50,912 bases of DNA from Candidatus Aquidulcis sp. (GTDB lineage: Bacteria; Chloroflexota; Anaerolineae; Anaerolineales; UBA4823): assembly GCA_020723385.1 (NCBI GenBank), contig DYIZ01000025.1, forward strand, positions 1-50,912, written 5' to 3'. Shown here in pieces: positions 46,153 to 50,912 of this stretch. The translations under genes and the position numbers were made by a program. Positions within the stretch are counted from its first letter, which is position 1, and each line of letters opens with the position of its first letter. The notes under the pieces are model-generated. The model had not been told where the DNA came from and ran no database searches. It saw nothing but the letters and a program-made list of their open reading frames with translations.

Positions 46153-46820
46153 CAGGCCGGTTGGATGCACTCAGGCCGGTCGTTATCGGGGCTGTTGACC
46201 AGCCGCGAGACCGAGTACGCCGTCATCGCCTCGGCAGGAAACGGCTGAAGCAGGTCGGTCAGCTCTTTAGGCTTGCGCTCGGCGGGTTCCAGCCAGCGCG
46301 CGTACGTCTCCGGCGGCAGGATGACGGGCATCCGGTTGTGGATGGATTGCATCAGGGCGTTAGGCTGGGTGGTGATGATGGTGGTGGAGTAGATTTGCGA
46401 TCCATCGGATGAGTTCCACAGCTCCCACAGCCCAGCGAAGGCGAACGGCTTGCCGGATGCCAGGCGGATGTACATGGGGGTTTTACTTTTACCATCCGGG
46501 TTGAGCCGCCATTCGTAGAAACCGTCGGCCAGGATCAAGCAGCGGCGGCGGCGAAAAGCCGTGCGAAACGATGGCTTCTCGGCCAGCGTTTCGGCGCGGG
46601 CGTTGATGAGGCGGTTGCCGATCTCGGGGTCTTTCGCCCAGGAAGGGATCAGTCCCCAGGTGTAGAAATCGAGGCGGTTCTCGCCCGTGTTGGGGACAAC
46701 CGCCACTGGCTGGGTGGGGGCGATGTTGAAGCGAGGCCTGGCGCCTTCGGGGATCGCCAGCCAGGGAAAAGCCTCCTGCAAATCGGCAGGGTCAACGGTC
46801 AGGGTAAATCTTCCGCACAT
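46152..46820 (-). CDS. SOS-response-associated peptidase (SRAP / YedK / HMCES family; abasic-site DNA-protein crosslink protein)
   Basis: 222 aa starting MCGRFTL, with the catalytic Cys2 typical of SRAP. Confidence 0.85.
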   Translation of the reverse strand: MCGRFTLTVDPADLQEAFPWLAIPEGARPRFNIAPTQPVAVVPNTGENRLDFYTWGLIPSWAKDPEIGNRLINARAETLAEKPSFRTAFRRRRCLILADGFYEWRLNPDGKSKTPMYIRLASGKPFAFAGLWELWNSSDGSQIYSTTIITTQPNALMQSIHNRMPVILPPETYARWLEPAERKPKELTDLLQPFPAEAMTAYSVSRLVNSPDNDRPECIQPA

Positions 46821-46851
46821 GCGTGCCTCCTTTCGGCGAGGCTGATAAACA

Positions 46852-47040
46852 TTATTCTTCGACGGGCTTTTTGCTCCCGATCTCCACGATTTGAACCTGC
46901 ACCTGGTAACGCTTGCCTTCGATTTCTGTTTTACCGTTGGCGTAGAAACCGCGCGAGCCAGTCTTGAATTCCTTGGGCGGGCAGGTCAGCACTGTGACCA
47001 GTTCCCCTTTGTCGTTCTTGAGTTCGGCGATGATGAACAT
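46852..47040 (-). CDS. Small hypothetical protein (62 aa)
   Basis: The start is taken at MFIIAELKND, preceded by an AAAGGAGA ribosome-binding site. The longer supplied ORF lacks a ribosome-binding site. Confidence 0.4.
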   Translation of the reverse strand: MFIIAELKNDKGELVTVLTCPPKEFKTGSRGFYANGKTEIEGKRYQVQVQIVEIGSKKPVEE

Positions 47041-47082
47041 AGTTTGAGGTCTCCTTTGAGGGCGATTATACTCGGTAAAAGA

Positions 47083-47115
47083 AGACCCCTGGGGTTTCCG
47101 AAACCCCAGGGGTCT
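47083..47115. other. Perfect 15-bp-stem hairpin in a divergent intergenic region
   Basis: agacccctggggttt CCG aaaccccaggggtct. On the minus strand it is followed by TTCTTTT and then TATAAT. Confidence 0.5.
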
Positions 47116-47138
47116 GGCAAACTGATACAATAGCCGCC

Positions 47139-47822
47139 ATGACAAACAATGGCATTGGCACCCGAAAGGAATCGTCGCTTCATGCGGCGCTCAAAGCATG
47201 GTATGCCCAACCCGGTGATTTAATCGAAGCGGATGTGGATGGTTACGTGATAGACCTGGCGCGCGGCGACCTGTTGATTGAGATCCAAACCGGGAATTTC
47301 ACCGCTCTCCGGCGCAAGCTGACTGGAATTGTCGAGGGTCATCGTGTCCGGGTGGTGTACCCCATTCCAGTCGAGAGGTATATCGTGCGTATAGCCAATG
47401 ATGGCGAGGCGCTTTCCCGACGAAAATCGCCGAAACGAGGCCGCATCGAGGCGCTATTCACCGAGATGGTGCGGATGCCTCGGCTGGCACTGCATCCCAA
47501 TTTCTCGCTCGAAGTTGCCCTCGTGAGGGAAGAGACAATCTGGCGGGACGATGGACAGGGCAGTTGGCGGCGTAAAGGCTGGAGCATCGCCGACCGGCGA
47601 TTGCTGGAGGTTGTAGAGCAAATTGTGTTCGATTCACCGGCTGATTATCGGCGCTTGCTGCCGGAGAGTCTCGTGGAGCCATTTACGGCGCGAGACCTGG
47701 CGACTGCCGCCGGCCTGCCTCGGGCGCTGGCTGGCAAAATGGCGTATACCCTCCGTGAAATGGGACAACTCACACCGATCGGCAAACGAGGGCGGTCATT
47801 ATTATATTCATCAGAAATATAG
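47139..47822 (+). CDS. Hypothetical protein; possible PD-(D/E)xK-like nuclease N-terminal region with a C-terminal winged-helix-like region
   Basis: 227 aa. A TACAAT sits 7 nt before the ATG, so the transcript may be leaderless. The motif …VDGYVIDLARGDLLIEIQ… is weakly nuclease-like. Assignment is tentative. Confidence 0.4.
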   Translation: MTNNGIGTRKESSLHAALKAWYAQPGDLIEADVDGYVIDLARGDLLIEIQTGNFTALRRKLTGIVEGHRVRVVYPIPVERYIVRIANDGEALSRRKSPKRGRIEALFTEMVRMPRLALHPNFSLEVALVREETIWRDDGQGSWRRKGWSIADRRLLEVVEQIVFDSPADYRRLLPESLVEPFTARDLATAAGLPRALAGKMAYTLREMGQLTPIGKRGRSLLYSSEI

Positions 47823-47825
47823 ACT

Positions 47826-47873
47826 TGAAATGAGAAAAAGAGTGGATGAATGTCCACTCTTTTTCTCATTTCA
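47826..47873. terminator. Bidirectional terminator hairpin (21-bp stem, AT-rich) between convergent genes
   Basis: tgaaatgagaaaaagagtgga TGAATG tccactctttttctcatttca. U-tracts are present in both orientations. Confidence 0.7.
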
Positions 47874-47915
47874 GGAAAAATGCCAGATATTATGATTCGC
47901 TCTATGCGCAATCCA

Positions 47916-49331
47916 TTATTCCACGAATTTATAGCCTTGCGCTTCCAGGTATTGTTTTTCCTTTTGGCGATGGATTTCAGCCAATTCCTTTTTGATATTA
48001 TTCCAGGCGGCGCCAGCCAATGGATACCAGTTTAGTGCAATGAAGCACAGGAACAGCAATACCCCGGTTGGAGCAACCCACCCGACCAAAATACCGGTTT
48101 GGGCAGTGGAAGATTGCATTCCTTTGGCGAGCGCCTGGTCATACCCGAATGCGCCTGTAATGGTCAGCAACGCCCATTGGGCAATACTGATCGCAGGTTT
48201 GGTGATGAAACTATTGATGCCGGCATACATCCCTTCACGGCGCAGACCGGTGCGGTGCTCATCCTTGTCCACCACATCGCCGTTCATCAAGGGGATCAGA
48301 TACATGCCGCCGGCAAAACCAATCCCAAAAAGTAAGAAACCGATCGTCGCGGGAATCACATAACGCCCGCCGAGCAGAATACTCATGCATCCAATCGCGA
48401 ACAGCAGGCATAGGATGCGCACGCAGTTTTTGACCCCCCAGGCGTCGCGCTGTTTGATCCATAGCACCACACCGCCCACAATGCCCACAGCCAGTGCAAT
48501 GTACAATGGCAGCGCCGAGATATTGATCTCATCAAAGTAAAGCCAGATGCCCTGCATCAAAGCGGTTTGAGCAAACATGATCGTAAAGCTGATGGTCTCG
48601 AATATGACGAATGACCGGTTCGAGAAACATTCTTTGAAGGATTTGACGAAACCGAATTGTTGCTCAGCCTGGGCAAAATGCTTCTCCCGATAAAATAATG
48701 TGCTCAGGAAGATAAGAACCCCCATCCCAATGCCGAAGAGGATCATCACCAGGCGGAAATTGGCTATCCCAGGGAGGTCACCCACATCAGGTTTGATGGT
48801 GCGCTCGATACCGAGCGGGACAACGATGGTAAACACCATAAAGATGATTTTCCAAATATAGATACTGCTGCGAGCCTTGTTGGAGACTGCAACCTCATAG
48901 GGCATGATGTAAATACTGGTAGCAATAGCAGTGTAGAGTGTGTCGAAGATAAACAAAGATAACAGCATTTGGATGAACAATATCGTTTGGTTATTATCAC
49001 TACCGGGGATATTGACCCAAAAAAGGATGAAACCCAGAACGAAGATGGGAGCACCATAGCGGATATACGGGATACGCCGCCCGAGGCTGCTCTTGGTTCG
49101 GTCGCTGATGTAGCCGAACAGTGGATCGTTGACGGCATTCCAGATTCCGAATAAAAGCCAGACGATGCCAGCCAGCTCGCCGGAGAGGCCGCGCAGGCGG
49201 GTAAAGTAGTATGTGAGCGCTCCGGCAGCAACCAGCGATTGCAGGATGCCACAGGATGCGTCGGCCACAGAGATCCAGATACGGCTCTTGAGCGGGACGA
49301 ATTCTTCTTTCAGGGGGGCGGCGATTTCCAT
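47916..49331 (-). CDS. MFS transporter of the glycoside-pentoside-hexuronide (GPH):cation symporter family (MelB-like); low-GC gene
   Basis: 471 aa, 12 predicted transmembrane helices. The GPH-type N-terminal motif (…DPLFGYISDRT…) is present. The gene and its flanks are clearly AT-richer than the rest of the window. Confidence 0.8.
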   Translation of the reverse strand: MEIAAPLKEEFVPLKSRIWISVADASCGILQSLVAAGALTYYFTRLRGLSGELAGIVWLLFGIWNAVNDPLFGYISDRTKSSLGRRIPYIRYGAPIFVLGFILFWVNIPGSDNNQTILFIQMLLSLFIFDTLYTAIATSIYIMPYEVAVSNKARSSIYIWKIIFMVFTIVVPLGIERTIKPDVGDLPGIANFRLVMILFGIGMGVLIFLSTLFYREKHFAQAEQQFGFVKSFKECFSNRSFVIFETISFTIMFAQTALMQGIWLYFDEINISALPLYIALAVGIVGGVVLWIKQRDAWGVKNCVRILCLLFAIGCMSILLGGRYVIPATIGFLLFGIGFAGGMYLIPLMNGDVVDKDEHRTGLRREGMYAGINSFITKPAISIAQWALLTITGAFGYDQALAKGMQSSTAQTGILVGWVAPTGVLLFLCFIALNWYPLAGAAWNNIKKELAEIHRQKEKQYLEAQGYKFVE

Positions 49332-49480
49332 CGGTTTAATATCTCCTCAACAATATGGGAATGTGAGCGGTAACATAACCTAATTTAGCCGATTCCCCAT
49401 GGCTCGTCAAGTGACACTCGTCGCTTTTTGACCATCATTTGTCAAATAAATGGCTCTCCGGCCGTGGGAAACGGGAAAGC

Positions 49481-49517
49481 CCAAAAAATAAGCCCGGCCA
49501 AAAAATCGGCCGGGCTT
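49481..49517 (-). terminator. Rho-independent terminator after the partial binding-protein gene
   Basis: Stem aagcccggcc / ggccgggctt with an A-rich loop, followed on the minus strand by ATTTTTTGG. Confidence 0.7.
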
Positions 49518-49578
49518 TCGATCAACTTACGGTTGAAATCGAGGTGGCAGAGATCGCCGCATCGACTCAAGTTTGAAA

Positions 49579-50912
49579 CTATTGGCTCAATTCTGCTTGT
49601 TTGGCGTTGGCTTCTTCGGTCAGAGCATCGAGGAGAGCCTGAATGTTTGTGCCATCGCCCTGCATGATCTCATTGAAAGCTTTCGTCGCAAGGGCACGTA
49701 CCTCAGTGTACGAAATCAGTTGCGGCTCGAAGGCAGAGTAGGGCAGCATGGCAGCCGCGGTGGCCCACTGGGTGTTCTCAGCCAGATAGTCGGTGAGGAG
49801 GGCGCTGACGCTGGCGCGGGTGGGGAAGTAATTCTTGATCTTGACCCATTCAGCCTGGGTTTCAGTTGAAGTCCACCACTTGATGAAGATCCAGGCAGCC
49901 AGTTGCTGCTCGGGGGTGGTCTTCGCGACCATTACGTCGCCGCCGTAGATGTTCTGGACAGGGTCTGCGGTGGTATGCGGGATGGCCAGGACGGTGAATT
50001 CGTCTGTGTTGGCGGCTGCTTCCATGCTTTGTTTGTAGTTCTGGATGCCAGATGTGGAGCCCATGGCAAAGAGCGCCTCACGGGCAGCGAACTTGGGATC
50101 CGGGTAGCCTTCGGTGTAGAAGTAAGCGCAGCCATTATCGTACATGCGCTTCAGCATAGTCATAGCGTCAACTGTGGCCTGCGAGTTGTAAACGTAGGTC
50201 ACGCCGTCTTCGGCTAGTACATTGCCGCCGAAAGCGAATGTCCAGGCAGCAATGGCGGATGCGTCATCGCGCAGGATGAATCCACCCAGGCCGTCATTCG
50301 CCGGATCGGCATCGTTCTTCAAAGCCTCTGCTGCAGCGCAAGCCTGTTCCTCGAATTCGGCAGGGGTCACAGGAGCGTTCTCAAAGCCCAATTCTTTACC
50401 CAAGGTTACGTTGTAGAACAACACTTCCATCGAGCGATTGGGAGGGAACCCAAGGCGCTGGTTGTCGTAAGCGGGGTGAACGGACTGCCCCCAGAAACCC
50501 TGGTAGAAATCAGCAACCTCTTCTGCGGTCAGGCCCCAGACGGGATCGTTGACGTAGGTGTTCAAGTCTACCAGGCCATCAACTTTCTGGTAGAAGGCTT
50601 CATCGTTCTGGTAGCCGACGAGCAAGGCGGGGAGATCGCCAGACTGCAAGCCAGCGAGCATTTTGTCGCGAATTTCGTTATAAGAACCGGCCATCTGAGC
50701 ATCAACGGTAATCCCATACTCGTTCGTGTCGTTGAATTGCTGCACCAGAGCCTTGAGCGGTTCTTCCGTGCTACCACCGAAATTGTGCCACCAGACGATA
50801 GTCTGGCCTGTGGGGTCAACACCTTCGAAGGCGCTGACTGGCTCTGCGGTCGGCTCAGGGGTGGGCTGGCCGAGGGTGGCGACGCAGTCATCAGCCGCGG
50901 TCTGGGCGGCTT
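49579..50912 (-). CDS. ABC transporter sugar-binding lipoprotein (family 1); 5' end lies beyond the window
   Basis: The reading frame stays open to the window edge (…[46 protein letters not shown]…). The supplied ORF's first M at 50745 is in fact an internal GTG. Confidence 0.8.
   Translation of the reverse strand, partial: AAQTAADDCVATLGQPTPEPTAEPVSAFEGVDPTGQTIVWWHNFGGSTEEPLKALVQQFNDTNEYGITVDAQMAGSYNEIRDKMLAGLQSGDLPALLVGYQNDEAFYQKVDGLVDLNTYVNDPVWGLTAEEVADFYQGFWGQSVHPAYDNQRLGFPPNRSMEVLFYNVTLGKELGFENAPVTPAEFEEQACAAAEALKNDADPANDGLGGFILRDDASAIAAWTFAFGGNVLAEDGVTYVYNSQATVDAMTMLKRMYDNGCAYFYTEGYPDPKFAAREALFAMGSTSGIQNYKQSMEAAANTDEFTVLAIPHTTADPVQNIYGGDVMVAKTTPEQQLAAWIFIKWWTSTETQAEWVKIKNYFPTRASVSALLTDYLAENTQWATAAAMLPYSAFEPQLISYTEVRALATKAFNEIMQGDGTNIQALLDALTEEANAKQAELSQ

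Noticed and set aside
49428-49667. 79-aa plus-strand ORF in the intergenic region upstream of the MFS gene
   Set aside because: It overlaps the binding-protein terminator and 3' end, has no ribosome-binding site, and its sequence is low-complexity.
252-50891. Many long ORFs antisense to, or out of frame with, the called genes (for example 252-848+, 2394-3056+, 3645-4601+, 9559-10257+, 25107-25985+, 29962-30687+, 38409-39692+, 44674-46020+)
   Set aside because: They are embedded in and opposite to ORFs with clear homology. Their Arg/Gly/Ala-rich translations are typical of stop-codon-poor high-GC antisense frames.
1-50912. CRISPR arrays, rRNA genes, integrases or transposases
   Set aside because: No regularly spaced direct repeats and no transposase- or integrase-like ORFs were found. 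The only repeats are the short palindromic elements reported above.

Overview
High-GC (about 60%) bacterial chromosomal window, gene content consistent with Chloroflexi/Anaerolineae, almost fully coding, with most genes on the minus strand. The minus-strand block covers: a tRNA-Pro(GGG) at the window edge; sucD-sucC; a 1660-aa multi-PAS/GAF sensor ending in an HD-GYP domain; a low-GC two-domain GNAT-like gene; aldo/keto reductase; L-lactate dehydrogenase; YfcH-type epimerase; a flotillin-like SPFH protein; proS; a low-GC BrnT/BrnA toxin-antitoxin pair; PflX-like radical SAM; a GH10 xylanase; a 2-hydroxyacid dehydrogenase; type-2 IPP isomerase plus polyprenyl synthase; a family-5 peptide-binding lipoprotein coupled to a membrane-anchored HExxH metalloprotease; and a long LacI-headed carbohydrate locus (sugar-binding protein, two permeases, GH4, BadF-type GlcNAc kinase, GH18 chitinase-like lipoprotein, a signal-less solute-binding-like protein, YdjC/ChbG deacetylase, lipoprotein). 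It continues with MOFRL glycerate kinase, SRAP/YedK, a low-GC GPH-family MFS symporter and a partial sugar-binding protein. On the plus strand lie a secreted GH13 alpha-amylase, a five-gene cluster (hypothetical, SAM methyltransferase, DUF1080-like lipoprotein, SCP2 protein, signal-less M23 peptidase-domain protein), an orphan acyl carrier protein, a DUF1360 membrane protein and a possible nuclease-like protein. The most notable non-coding signals are a ~70-bp element built from GATTAGCG decamers with terminal inverted repeats, present twice inside the carbohydrate locus; tandem perfect LacI-type operators (TGTAACCGGTTACA) overlapping a textbook sigma-70 promoter; a terminator-like hairpin 30 nt in front of proS; a palindrome overlapping the amylase -10 box; recurrent GACTTTAGTC-core palindromes; and a population of unusually long (21-27 bp) perfect-stem hairpins between genes. 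No CRISPR array, rRNA or obvious intact transposase was seen. I found no single clearly new multi-gene system; the candidates with the most support are listed under findings.
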